NCBI GenBank assembly: GCA_049519175.1
Contig: JBEKQZ010000002.1
Location: 6,782 to 70,781, forward strand
DNA from: Candidatus Levyibacteriota bacterium
Lineage (GTDB): Bacteria; Patescibacteriota; Microgenomatia; Levybacterales; UBA12049
Reading direction: 5' to 3'
Length of the DNA: 64,000 nucleotides
Notes under the pieces: model-generated
Told to the model about the DNA's origin: nothing
Databases searched by the model: none
Seen by the model: the letters and a program-made list of their open reading frames with translations, nothing else
Translations under genes and position numbers: made by a program
In this document: positions 9,969-18,811 of the stretch, piece by piece
Position numbering within the stretch: position 1 is the stretch's first letter
Layout of the letters: each line of letters starts with the position of its first letter

Positions 9969-12046
9969 GATTTTTGCGAAGCTTTATTTTCCAAAGAGGG
10001 TTCTTCTGTTTTTTTCGGCATAGCTTCTTCTGCATTTTCTGCTTTGGGATTTTTGATTCCTTCCAAATTCCAACTGGCAAAGTCGCATTTTGGGTAATTC
10101 GAACAACCATAGAAACGGCGGCCTTTCTTGGTCTTTTTGAATATAATTTTTCCTCCATCTTTCGGACAGATTAAATTGGTTTCTTGTACCAAAGGTTTTG
10201 TAAATTTACAGTTGGGAAAGTTTTCGCAAGCCATAAATTTTCCGAACCGGCCAATTCTGATAATTAAATGTCCCCCGTCTTGCGGGCAAATCTCAGCGGT
10301 TTTTTCAACTTCAATTTTTACTCTTGCCGCTTCCCCTACTTTTTCCAGAGTTTTTGAAAAAGGGTCATAAAATTCTTTGATTACTGGCGGCCATTTCTTT
10401 TTACCATCGGCTATTTCATCCAACTCGTCTTCCATTTGCGCGGTGAAAGGAATATCGTCGATCGTTGAAAAGTTAGCGACTAAAAAGTCGTTAACCGCAA
10501 AACCAACGCTGGTCGGTAAAAATTTTCCTTCGTTTCTTTCAATATATTGCCTGCTCTCAATGGTAGAAATAATCGTCGCGTAAGTCGACGGCCTGCCAAT
10601 TCCTTCTTCTTCTAAAGCTTTTATAATCGACGCGTCGTTGTAGCGCGGCGGCGGCATGGTTTCGTGCGCTTCCGACAACGAGCTGATGTATGACAATTCC
10701 TCACCGACCACAAAATCGGGCAACTTATTATCGTTTAGCGCCAACGGATTTACTTTAAGAAACCCATCAAATACCAAAATCGATCCATTGGCTTTTAAAG
10801 TGTAATTTGAATTCGAAGCATCAACTAGAACAACCGTCGACTGCGTTATAGCATCGGCCATCTGCGCTGCCACTGCTCTTCGCCAAATAATTTCATATAG
10901 CTTTGCAAACTGCGCCCCTAACTTTTCACTGATGACTGCCACTTGAGTATTTACACTGGTTGGTCTAATCGCCTCATGCGCTTCCTGCGCCAGCTTTTGT
11001 TTTGCTTTGTAGAATCTTGGCTTGTCAGGAATATATCTTCCACCGTAACTTTTTTCAACAAAATTTCTGATTGACGTTACCGCCGAAGTCGCCATCGAAA
11101 CCGAATCGGTTCTGTGGTAAGTAATAAAACCTTCTTCGTAGAGTTTTTGTGCCAAACTCATTGTCCTTTTGCCCGACAGTCCCATTCTTCTGGCTGCGTC
11201 CTGCTGAAGAGTGGAGGTAGTGTATGGCGGCGGAGGCGTGCGGCGCATTTCTTTTTTGGTGACATCCGAAACTTTAAATTCTTTGGTTTTTAAATCGGTT
11301 TCAATCGTTTTTGCTTTTTCCTCCGTGTCAATGCTAGTTTTGGCAAAAGTGTATTCCCCATCGTATAATTTGAGCTTTTCCGAAACCTCAATTTTCTCAC
11401 CATTAACTTCAATCAGCTCAAAAACTGTCTCGCCCGAATCTTTTTTAAGAGTGGCCGTAATCGTGTAGTATGGCTCTTTTCTAAACTTCTCAATTTCTCT
11501 TTCTCTCTCCACAATTAACCTTAGCGCCACTGACTGCACACGCCCGGCCGACAAGCCGCGGCGTACTTTTCGCCATAAAATTGGCGACAGTTTATAACCG
11601 ACTAACCTATCCAACACTCTCCGGGCAGTTTGTGCGTCAACCAAATTTTCATCAATCTCCCTTGGTGTTTTTAGCGCTTCCTCGATCGCTTCTTTAGTAA
11701 TTTCGTGGAAAGCAATCCGCTGGAATGTTTGCTTTTTGAGTTTTGCGTCTTTACTTAACAATTCTTTGACATGAGCAGCGATAGCTTCTCCTTCACGGTC
11801 AGGGTCAGTCGCCAGAATTATTTTCCCGGCAGCTTTGGCAGCAGATTTTAACTCGGAAATAATTTTTTTCTTATCCGCCATTACTTGATAATCGGGCGCG
11901 AAGTCTTTTTCCAAATCAATACCCAACGTCGATTTTGGCAAATCCATAATGTGCCCCATCGAAGCTAATATTTCATAGCCGTCTCCAAGAAATCTCGAAA
12001 TGGTTCGTGCTTTCGTCGGGCTTTCTACCACTACTAAAGTCTTCAT
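9965..12046 (-). CDS. topA: DNA topoisomerase I
   Basis: TOPRIM N-terminus MKTLVVVESPTKARTI, an active-site Tyr region, and C-terminal Cys4 zinc ribbons (CPQDGG...CENFPNC; CPKDGG...CSNYPKC). Confidence 0.95.
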   Translation of the reverse strand: MKTLVVVESPTKARTISRFLGDGYEILASMGHIMDLPKSTLGIDLEKDFAPDYQVMADKKKIISELKSAAKAAGKIILATDPDREGEAIAAHVKELLSKDAKLKKQTFQRIAFHEITKEAIEEALKTPREIDENLVDAQTARRVLDRLVGYKLSPILWRKVRRGLSAGRVQSVALRLIVEREREIEKFRKEPYYTITATLKKDSGETVFELIEVNGEKIEVSEKLKLYDGEYTFAKTSIDTEEKAKTIETDLKTKEFKVSDVTKKEMRRTPPPPYTTSTLQQDAARRMGLSGKRTMSLAQKLYEEGFITYHRTDSVSMATSAVTSIRNFVEKSYGGRYIPDKPRFYKAKQKLAQEAHEAIRPTSVNTQVAVISEKLGAQFAKLYEIIWRRAVAAQMADAITQSTVVLVDASNSNYTLKANGSILVFDGFLKVNPLALNDNKLPDFVVGEELSYISSLSEAHETMPPPRYNDASIIKALEEEGIGRPSTYATIISTIESRQYIERNEGKFLPTSVGFAVNDFLVANFSTIDDIPFTAQMEDELDEIADGKKKWPPVIKEFYDPFSKTLEKVGEAARVKIEVEKTAEICPQDGGHLIIRIGRFGKFMACENFPNCKFTKPLVQETNLICPKDGGKIIFKKTKKGRRFYGCSNYPKCDFASWNLEGIKNPKAENAEEAMPKKTEEPSLENKASQKS

Positions 12047-12217
12047 ATCCCAAAATTGTAGCTTAAATTATACAGTAGGTGTCAAGAGGCAAGTTGGAAA
12101 AGGCCGTCGGAATTTTTGCTAATTCCGTTCCTCCATAAATTTATGGTGTCTGATTTATAGCTTCTGCACAAACTTTCCTTGACAACTTATAGTTTTATAT
12201 GCTATCCTTCTCACGCT

Positions 12218-12637
12218 ATGACAGAGCTAGAAGGAAGAAGCGAATTTAAACCAGTTTATGAAGTTATTCCCCCCTTAGTATTGCATCTTAATCAACTTGT
12301 AAATTTAGTTGCTGTCGAGAAAGCATTAAGAGATCCTGACACAGAAGATCCTAACAAAAAACGTTATACGCCTAAATATATCATCAGAATTAACCCCACT
12401 TACACCTTAGACCCCTCAGTGGATAAACCACTCATGACACAAGATTTCAAGGGAACCGAACGAGACTTTACCATCGCTCGCAGATGGATCGAAACAGCAC
12501 TTATAACGGGGATTCCCGATGCACTACGAATAGATTTAAGTAACGTAACAACCAACCTGTCATTAATAAAACAGGCTTTGCTAAAAGTTCATAAGGAAGG
12601 ACACACGGTTCGGTTATCTTCTAAACCAGCTGTCTAG
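12218..12637 (+). CDS. hypothetical protein
   Basis: The track ORF starts at TTG 12179. The first ATG is at 12218 (MTELEGR...). Its 3' end overlaps convergent mrdA by 24 nt. There is no motif. Confidence 0.3.
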   Translation: MTELEGRSEFKPVYEVIPPLVLHLNQLVNLVAVEKALRDPDTEDPNKKRYTPKYIIRINPTYTLDPSVDKPLMTQDFKGTERDFTIARRWIETALITGIPDALRIDLSNVTTNLSLIKQALLKVHKEGHTVRLSSKPAV

Positions 12638-14389
12638 GATTTGCTTGGCGATTGGGCCGGCGACATTACTTCCTTCCCCGCTATTTTCCGAAAGCACTGT
12701 GACTACAATTTGCGGCTTGTAAGCCGGCGCAAACAGTGTAATCCAGGCGTGTGCTAAAGTATCGTTTCCGCCGTTTTCCGCCGTTCCGGTTTTACAAGCC
12801 AAAACTACGTGGCGCATGTCGGCGGAGCCGGAAGCCGGATCAACGCCTAAAATGTTTTTGCCGTCAATCGGCAGTTTGGCGTTTTTGATTTCGTAATTAA
12901 ACAGCGGCCAGGCCACCCCGCCGGGGCTGCACGCCTCCACCATTCCCTCTTTAATCAAATCCGAAGAATGCGCGTCCAAAAGATTGGAGCTGGTAATCTG
13001 CGCTGGTTGGTTCATTAGCAAATGTGGGCGGTATAAATTGCCATTGTTGGCAATCGCTTGTGTCCAGGCATTAACTTGCAGCGGCGTCGTCAGTAAATAT
13101 CCCTGTCCGATTCCGTAATGATAAGTATCGCCTAAATACCACTGTTCACCGATATTTTTTAATTTCCATTCCTCGGTCGGCACCAAGCCTGCTTGCTCGC
13201 CTTCCAAATCAATTCCTAATTTTTGGCCCAAGCCAAACAGTTTGGCCGTCGCCGAAACCTGGTCAACGCCCACTTTTGCCGCCAATTTATAAAAGAAAAT
13301 ATCGTTTGAACGCTGAATGCCCTTAACAATATTTACCTGCCCGTCGGTGCCGCCATAATCGGTATAATACCAGTTGGAAAAAGAAAAATCGCCGACTTTT
13401 AAAATTCCCGTGTCGTCGATTTGCCAATTTTCATCAATGATTTTATTTTTGAGTGCCGCCGACGCCACAATTAGTTTAAAAGTTGAACCGGGCGGATAAA
13501 CTCCGCCGATTGCCCGGTCCAAAAGCGGCTGATTTTGCGAATCCGAAAGCACATCCGAAACGGTTAAATAGGCGCTGTCGCTGGCAATTTTGTAACCCTG
13601 CCCCATCGTAAACATATTCGGGTCAAATGAGGGTTTGGAAACCAACGCTAAAATTTCGCCTTGCGGCGTAGAAACTATCGCCGCGCCTTTTTTCACACTG
13701 GCCATAGCAGCAAAAACCGCTTCCTGAAGTTTGGAGTCCAGCGTTAAAGTGATATTTTGCCCGGCAATTGGGTCCTGTTGGCCAAGCTTTCTGGTTAAAT
13801 TGCCCCGGGCGTCGACTTCGAACAATTCTTTTCCGTCCACCCCCCGAAGTTTCGGCTCATATTGCTGTTCAATACCGCTTCGTCCAACAATGTCGCCCGA
13901 ACTGTAATCCGAGAACAACGGATTTGCTAGCTCGTCTTGGGAAATTTGCCCGACATAGCCCAAAACGTGGGCAAAAGCATCTTTGTAAGGATAATTACGT
14001 AAGCTGTCAACTTCCAAATCGTTTTTGCCAGCGGCAATTAAATTAAGCGCCTGGTCCTGTGGAATTAATACCGTTTTGCCGTTGACATTTTCCCTAAATC
14101 CGGGCACATTATAAACCAACGGAGTGCCGTTTCGGTCAAAGATGATGCCCCGCGGCGCGTGAATTGTCACTGTTTTTGTCCGATTGCTGTCGGAAAGGTA
14201 TCTATAATAGTATCCCTGAATTATCTGTAAGAAAAACAGCCGAACAAAAATTACGGCAAAGAGAATTATGGCAAAAGCAGGCAGGAAAAAATTCCGAGCC
14301 GAATGATTTTCTCCCTCATAATCCCAATTCTTTCTTTTACTACTGTCTTTAAAAATATAATCGCCGAAGGCGACTCCGGGCTTTACCAT
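12614..14389 (-). CDS. mrdA: penicillin-binding protein 2 (peptidoglycan D,D-transpeptidase)
   Basis: N-terminal TM, SxxK (GSTFK), SxN (RSNDIFF) and KTG (KTGTAE) motifs. It follows mreD as in canonical mreBCD-mrdA operons. Confidence 0.9.
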   Translation of the reverse strand: MVKPGVAFGDYIFKDSSKRKNWDYEGENHSARNFFLPAFAIILFAVIFVRLFFLQIIQGYYYRYLSDSNRTKTVTIHAPRGIIFDRNGTPLVYNVPGFRENVNGKTVLIPQDQALNLIAAGKNDLEVDSLRNYPYKDAFAHVLGYVGQISQDELANPLFSDYSSGDIVGRSGIEQQYEPKLRGVDGKELFEVDARGNLTRKLGQQDPIAGQNITLTLDSKLQEAVFAAMASVKKGAAIVSTPQGEILALVSKPSFDPNMFTMGQGYKIASDSAYLTVSDVLSDSQNQPLLDRAIGGVYPPGSTFKLIVASAALKNKIIDENWQIDDTGILKVGDFSFSNWYYTDYGGTDGQVNIVKGIQRSNDIFFYKLAAKVGVDQVSATAKLFGLGQKLGIDLEGEQAGLVPTEEWKLKNIGEQWYLGDTYHYGIGQGYLLTTPLQVNAWTQAIANNGNLYRPHLLMNQPAQITSSNLLDAHSSDLIKEGMVEACSPGGVAWPLFNYEIKNAKLPIDGKNILGVDPASGSADMRHVVLACKTGTAENGGNDTLAHAWITLFAPAYKPQIVVTVLSENSGEGSNVAGPIAKQILDSWFRR

Positions 14390-14394
14390 AATCG

Positions 14395-14814
14395 TTAAGA
14401 GCTAGCAACTGATGACCGTGGTAGTCTTTGCATTATTTTGAATAGTAATAACCCGATAATAACACTTAGAATTGACTCTAAAATAATCGAGCGCGTGTAT
14501 CCTTGCAAAAATAAGAATAGCAAGCTACCTAAAAATGACGCGATAAGCATAAAATAGCCGGTGGTGATTTCAAATTTACTTTGGTACAAAAGCACCAAAA
14601 ATAAAAATAGTACTAAAAAAGCACTCGTTACGCCAAGCGTCTTGAATGATAATAAGTCAAACAGCAACCCGAAAATAAATGCCAGCACAAACAACCAATT
14701 TTCCCTAAGTATCACCATTAAGCAAAGCAAAACCAAAAAAATTAAAGGGAGAGTAGTCAAGCTTGCTTCTAAAACTAACGCTAACGATAAAAGAATAACT
14801 GCCAGAAATTTCAT
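14395..14814 (-). CDS. mreD: rod shape-determining protein MreD
   Basis: 139-aa polytopic membrane protein immediately downstream of mreC, overlapping it by 4 nt. Confidence 0.7.
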   Translation of the reverse strand: MKFLAVILLSLALVLEASLTTLPLIFLVLLCLMVILRENWLFVLAFIFGLLFDLLSFKTLGVTSAFLVLFLFLVLLYQSKFEITTGYFMLIASFLGSLLFLFLQGYTRSIILESILSVIIGLLLFKIMQRLPRSSVASS

Positions 14815-15611
14815 TGGTAATTAACGACGACAAAAACAGTTTTTAAATTATTAAAATCGATCAAAGGCTGGATGTCCGCTTTTTGAAATAAATCACTTGG
14901 GTTTTTGCTGATAGAAATTATTTTCCCCACCGTTAAGTCAGGCGGAAAACCGTTGTTTTGTAGATTAATGTCTCCTGCGGTTACCACCAAATCATCTTTT
15001 TTGAGGCTGTCCGACAAAATAACGTTGTCCAAAATTACCTCATTGCCGCCTTGACCTTTAATCACGCCTTGTGCTTTCGTTTCCAAGGTTTCGGCAATAA
15101 ATTGCGACGAAGGGTTTGTCAAAAGCATAACGCTGGATAAATTGGCGCTTACTTGCGTTATTTTGCCAACCAGATTATTTTCGTAAACCACCGCGTCACC
15201 ATTCTTGACACTATCATTTGTCCCTCGGTTAAGAATTAAGATTTCGGGAACGGAAAGCCCTGGCACAAATCCAGGCGCGCCGACCACATCCGCCGGCAAC
15301 AAGTTGGGACTTTTCGGATTGGCGGTCTGAAACTGGTCTCTTAAAGCTTTATTGTCACCGATTAATTTATTTTGGTCGATTAGCTGCTTTGCTAAAGTCA
15401 AATTTTCTGCTTTGAGGGACTGGATTTGGGCATTTTGCCCAAAACCCGTCACTTTTGTAAAAGCTTGATAAGTTATCGACTGCACCGGCGAAAAAATGTC
15501 TTTGAAAAATGCATCGAGTGGATTTAAAAGGCCGATTTTCGAAGCTCCGATTAGCAAAAGTGAAAGAGCGAAGAAAACTAAAAAATAGGAAGTAAAACTA
15601 CTTTTGCGCAT
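14811..15611 (-). CDS. mreC: rod shape-determining protein MreC
   Basis: N-terminal TM, a coiled-coil (QIQSLKAENLTLAKQLIDQNKL), and a C-terminal beta domain typical of MreC. Confidence 0.85.
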   Translation of the reverse strand: MRKSSFTSYFLVFFALSLLLIGASKIGLLNPLDAFFKDIFSPVQSITYQAFTKVTGFGQNAQIQSLKAENLTLAKQLIDQNKLIGDNKALRDQFQTANPKSPNLLPADVVGAPGFVPGLSVPEILILNRGTNDSVKNGDAVVYENNLVGKITQVSANLSSVMLLTNPSSQFIAETLETKAQGVIKGQGGNEVILDNVILSDSLKKDDLVVTAGDINLQNNGFPPDLTVGKIISISKNPSDLFQKADIQPLIDFNNLKTVFVVVNYQ

Positions 15612-15649
15612 GCAACCATTTTAAACTTTTTGCTAAAAGTATACAAGAT

Positions 15650-15964
15650 TTAGGAGGATTCGTAGGGCTCAAGCCACATATTAGTCTTTAAAGTTGGAGT
15701 CGCGGTTGGCTTAATTCCTAAACTTACAAGCGGCAAAGGGACGTCACGCTTTACGGGAGTGGCAATTTCAAAATCCGCAAAATCTATACCGTATTTATTT
15801 AAACGGTATGGAGGTCTTGCTACGGTTACCAGTTCACGACGGTATATTTCTCCCTCCGGAGTAGCACTAACTAACCAAAATACAGCGCCCTTCTTAACTT
15901 CGCCGTTTTGCATAACCCTTCTAGGGCTTTCTTCTTGAGATGCATCTGTTTGCTCTGTTTTCAT
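15650..15964 (-). CDS. hypothetical protein (104 aa)
   Basis: Lies between the inserted cassettes and mreC. No motif. Confidence 0.45.
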   Translation of the reverse strand: MKTEQTDASQEESPRRVMQNGEVKKGAVFWLVSATPEGEIYRRELVTVARPPYRLNKYGIDFADFEIATPVKRDVPLPLVSLGIKPTATPTLKTNMWLEPYESS

Positions 15965-16023
15965 GATGGAATTTTAATTGAAGAAGCAAATTAAGTCTGT
16001 AAGCGAAATTACTCGAAGAATAG

Positions 16024-16326
16024 TCAAGCAGTTTCCTTATTAATTGCTTTCGGACGGATAAAATGTAAACCGGCCAATGCTTCAGGAGCTAATTTTAATT
16101 CGGGTTGACCATTAAAGGGCTTTTCTCCGTCAGAATAATCAATTTTCAATCTTATTCCTCGCTCATTAATATCCAGAACCGTCACCGGCCACCAAGGAGG
16201 TTCGTCAATATCCGGATTGCCGGACATAACGAGCAGATAACTTCCCCCTTGGGTGAGCCTTTTAAAAGCAATTTCTTCACCCATACCTTGACGGTATCTT
16301 TTTTGACCTTCAGATTCTAACCGCAT
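16024..16326 (-). CDS. hypothetical protein (100 aa)
   Basis: No motif. Confidence 0.45.
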   Translation of the reverse strand: MRLESEGQKRYRQGMGEEIAFKRLTQGGSYLLVMSGNPDIDEPPWWPVTVLDINERGIRLKIDYSDGEKPFNGQPELKLAPEALAGLHFIRPKAINKETA

Positions 16327-16375
16327 AAGGTATTTATTATAGCTGAAACTTAGTTATTCGTCAAACTATGGGTTT

Positions 16376-16400
16376 TTATTTGAGGCCGCCGATGACTTTA
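16376..16400 (-). repeat. direct repeat DR3: a non-coding remnant encoding ...LIKVIGGLK*, a duplicate of the mreB 3' terminus
   Basis: The minus-strand sequence aaagtcatcggcggcctcaaataa (KVIGGLK*) is preceded by an in-frame stop. 19 of 24 nt match the real mreB end at 17547-17570, and 16 of 18 match the Ndt-like gene end. Confidence 0.65.
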
Positions 16401-16401
16401 A

Positions 16402-16836
16402 TTAGCTATTGATGACTTCTTTTAACTCTATATTCTCCTTATCGTATTCAAATCTAATTCTCCATTTGTCAAAAAATCCATCTTGACCTAATATTCCGTA
16501 TGGTAAAGATTTCATTTCGTAACTAAATCCAATATAGGCTTTGTGCTCTATTCCGCCAATTTTGAACGATACGTTATGAAAGTATGCTTTTTGTGCTTCT
16601 CCCGAAGTGCCGTGGAATGTTAGCTCGTCTCCTTTGGTAACATCAAACCCCAACCTTTCCCCTATTTCTCCATGGAATACACAAAAATCTGCTCCGGAAT
16701 CTATTAAAACAAGATAGCTAAAATTTCCCTTCTTTGTTTCAAAGTCAATTTGGATGATTGGTCTTAGTGATGATTTTCGTTTAAAGTTTGGGTTTTCTTT
16801 GGGATTAAGGGGAAACTTACGATATCTAAAATTCAT
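16402..16836 (-). CDS. retropepsin-like aspartic protease (clan AA, DSG active site)
   Basis: LVLIDSGADFCVF carries the D-S/T-G-A signature, and the ~140-aa size fits single-domain bacterial retropepsin-like proteins. Confidence 0.7.
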   Translation of the reverse strand: MNFRYRKFPLNPKENPNFKRKSSLRPIIQIDFETKKGNFSYLVLIDSGADFCVFHGEIGERLGFDVTKGDELTFHGTSGEAQKAYFHNVSFKIGGIEHKAYIGFSYEMKSLPYGILGQDGFFDKWRIRFEYDKENIELKEVINS

Positions 16837-17030
16837 AAGATGTATGCACCGTAGTTTTTGGGGGCGCGAGTAACAATTGGATTAGAAATGCCTTTTTCAA
16901 TTGCTTTGTCCATAACATTATTGAAATTTTTGCCGGAGGCAACAACTTTTAGGTCATTTGGAGATAATACAACCCACTCATCAGAATACTTTTGTAATTT
17001 ACTTGATAGATCATTTAGTCTTGCTTTCAT
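16833..17030 (-). CDS. small hypothetical protein (65 aa), translationally coupled to the retropepsin-like protease
   Basis: The stop and start overlap in ATGA at 16833-16836. The protein is basic and has no motif I recognise. Confidence 0.5.
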   Translation of the reverse strand: MKARLNDLSSKLQKYSDEWVVLSPNDLKVVASGKNFNNVMDKAIEKGISNPIVTRAPKNYGAYIL

Positions 17031-17069
17031 AAATTTATGATATCACTTTTTAGATTAAAAACCAAATTT

Positions 17070-17090
17070 TTACTTGAGGCCGCCGGATTT
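17070..17090 (-). repeat. direct repeat DR2 (forms the last codons ...SGGLK* of the Ndt-like gene)
   Basis: ttacttgaggccgccggattt matches DR3 at 15 of 16 positions in its 5' part. Confidence 0.6.
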
Positions 17091-17546
17091 AGTTTTCAAT
17101 TTTGAGAAATAATTAAGATCCCCTTTTAAAAAGACAGGATTAATGCCAAAAATTTCCTCTTTGATTGGTAAATCAGCGGCGATGTCGTTGAGAATAAAAA
17201 TTGGCTTTTTGAAAAAATACGCCAAGGTAATTTCCATTAAAGTATTTCCGCCGATGTAGCCTTTGACGCCATTTTTGGCAAAATTTGTGACTAAAATTGC
17301 ATCCCCTTTGATAATTTTTTGAAAATGTTTATCTATCAAGGCTCTTTTTTTATGGTAATCCCCGGGATTTTTATACCATGTCTTGTGCGCGGCGACATCA
17401 AAATTATTATTTCGCTTCATCACTTTGGCAGTGGATGGCAAAATAACCTTGTAGCCAAGTTTTTTGAGCATTATTTGAATTGGAAAAAGGTCTTTATAGA
17501 ATGAGGCGCTGGAGCAGATAACAATGGTTTTTATCTTTTTCATCAA
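17070..17546 (-). CDS. nucleoside 2-deoxyribosyltransferase-like (Ndt/Rcl/DNPH1 fold) protein
   Basis: GYIGGNTLMEITLAYFFKKPIFIL matches the Ndt-family G-x-x-x-E-x-G-x-A-x-x-x-KP catalytic-Glu motif. The Rossmann-like N-terminus is KTIVICSS. It abuts the mreB stop with 0 nt spacing. Confidence 0.55.
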   Translation of the reverse strand: MMKKIKTIVICSSASFYKDLFPIQIMLKKLGYKVILPSTAKVMKRNNNFDVAAHKTWYKNPGDYHKKRALIDKHFQKIIKGDAILVTNFAKNGVKGYIGGNTLMEITLAYFFKKPIFILNDIAADLPIKEEIFGINPVFLKGDLNYFSKLKTKSGGLK

Positions 17547-17570
17547 TTACTTTAATCCGCCGATGACTTT
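17547..17570 (-). repeat. direct repeat DR1 = the genuine 3' end of mreB (…KVIGGLK*)
   Basis: ttactttaatccgccgatgacttt. The core ccgccgatgacttt is shared with DR3. Confidence 0.6.
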
Positions 17571-18638
17571 GACCCGTTGCAACAGCGAATCCTCTTCCAA
17601 CACTTTTCCGGTGCCGCGGACGACCGAAGTCGTTGGGTCTTCCGAGCGGATAACCGGTAAATGCGTTCTTTCCACGATTAAATTATCAAAACCCGGCAGC
17701 TGCGAACCCCCACCGGTTAGTAAAATGCCGTGCGTTAAAATATCGCTGGTTAATTCCGGCGGCGCGTCTTCCAAAACAGCGGCGATGGCATCAATAATTT
17801 GCGTTAATACCGGCGACAAAGCCTCTCTAACTTCCACTTCGGAAATCCTTAAACTTTTTGGCAAGCCTGTTTCAATATCGCGGCCCCTGATAATAGCTAC
17901 CTTTTCCTCGTCTTTTGGCTTATCGCTTGTGATTTGGGATTTGTGATTTGGAGCTTTCGCATAAGCACTACCGATTCTAATTTTTAAATCTTCTGCCGTC
18001 GCTTCACCAATCAACAACCCATGCCTTAACCTTATGTAATGAATAATTGCCGCATCCATCTCGTCTCCCGCCACTCTTAAGGATTTAGAAACGACAATTC
18101 CGCCCAACGAAATAACGGCAATTTCGGTGGTTCCGCCGCCGATGTCCACCACCATAATTCCGGTTGGGGCAAACACCGAGATATTTTCGCCGATGGCCGC
18201 CGCCATCGGCTCTTCAATTAAATAAGCCTGCCTGGCCCCGGCCGACAGTGCGGCTTCCCAAACCGCCCGTCTTTCTACCTCGGTCACTGAAGATGGAATA
18301 CCGATGACAACGCGCGGCCTTGAAAAATTGGCCGACAAAGGACTGTCCACTTCGTGCACTTTTTTAATGTAATGGGAAATCATCGCTAGCGTCGCGTCAA
18401 AATCGGAAATTACTCCGCCGCGAAGCGGCCTGACGGTGATAATCGAAGCCGGCGTTTTACCAATCATTTTTTTTGCTTCCGCCCCTATTGCAATTACTTT
18501 TTTAGTTTTTTTGTGCATCGCCACCACCGACGGTTCGCGGATAACAATCCCTTTGCCCCGGACAAAAACGAGCGTGTTGGCGGTGCCTAAATCAATACCA
18601 ATGTCATGGGAAAATAAAGAGAATATCTTATTAAACAT
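17547..18638 (-). CDS. mreB: rod shape-determining protein MreB (actin homologue)
   Basis: The phosphate-1 motif IGIDLGTANTLV and the actin-fold motifs DIGGGTTEIAV and LTGGGS are present. Confidence 0.95.
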   Translation of the reverse strand: MFNKIFSLFSHDIGIDLGTANTLVFVRGKGIVIREPSVVAMHKKTKKVIAIGAEAKKMIGKTPASIITVRPLRGGVISDFDATLAMISHYIKKVHEVDSPLSANFSRPRVVIGIPSSVTEVERRAVWEAALSAGARQAYLIEEPMAAAIGENISVFAPTGIMVVDIGGGTTEIAVISLGGIVVSKSLRVAGDEMDAAIIHYIRLRHGLLIGEATAEDLKIRIGSAYAKAPNHKSQITSDKPKDEEKVAIIRGRDIETGLPKSLRISEVEVREALSPVLTQIIDAIAAVLEDAPPELTSDILTHGILLTGGGSQLPGFDNLIVERTHLPVIRSEDPTTSVVRGTGKVLEEDSLLQRVKVIGGLK

Positions 18639-18641
18639 AAC

Positions 18642-18748
18642 TTAGAATTCCTAATTTAAAATTTCTAATTTCTAATCAAATCCAAATGTTCTAATTTTAA
18701 AATTTAGGCATTGAAACATTCATTAAAAATTAAAAATCGAGAATTTCC
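18642..18748. repeat. AT-rich intergenic repeat family 3 (TTTCTAATTTCTAATCAAATCCAAATGT...AAAATTAAAAATCG)
   Basis: The near-identical block recurs at 52892-52975 and 61661-61705, and as a reverse complement at 36185-36228. Confidence 0.45.
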
Positions 18749-18811
18749 TTTCCATAATAGCATCTTGCTCAAAGTTTGCCAATATGCTAGGATTACTTGT
18801 AATTACCACCA

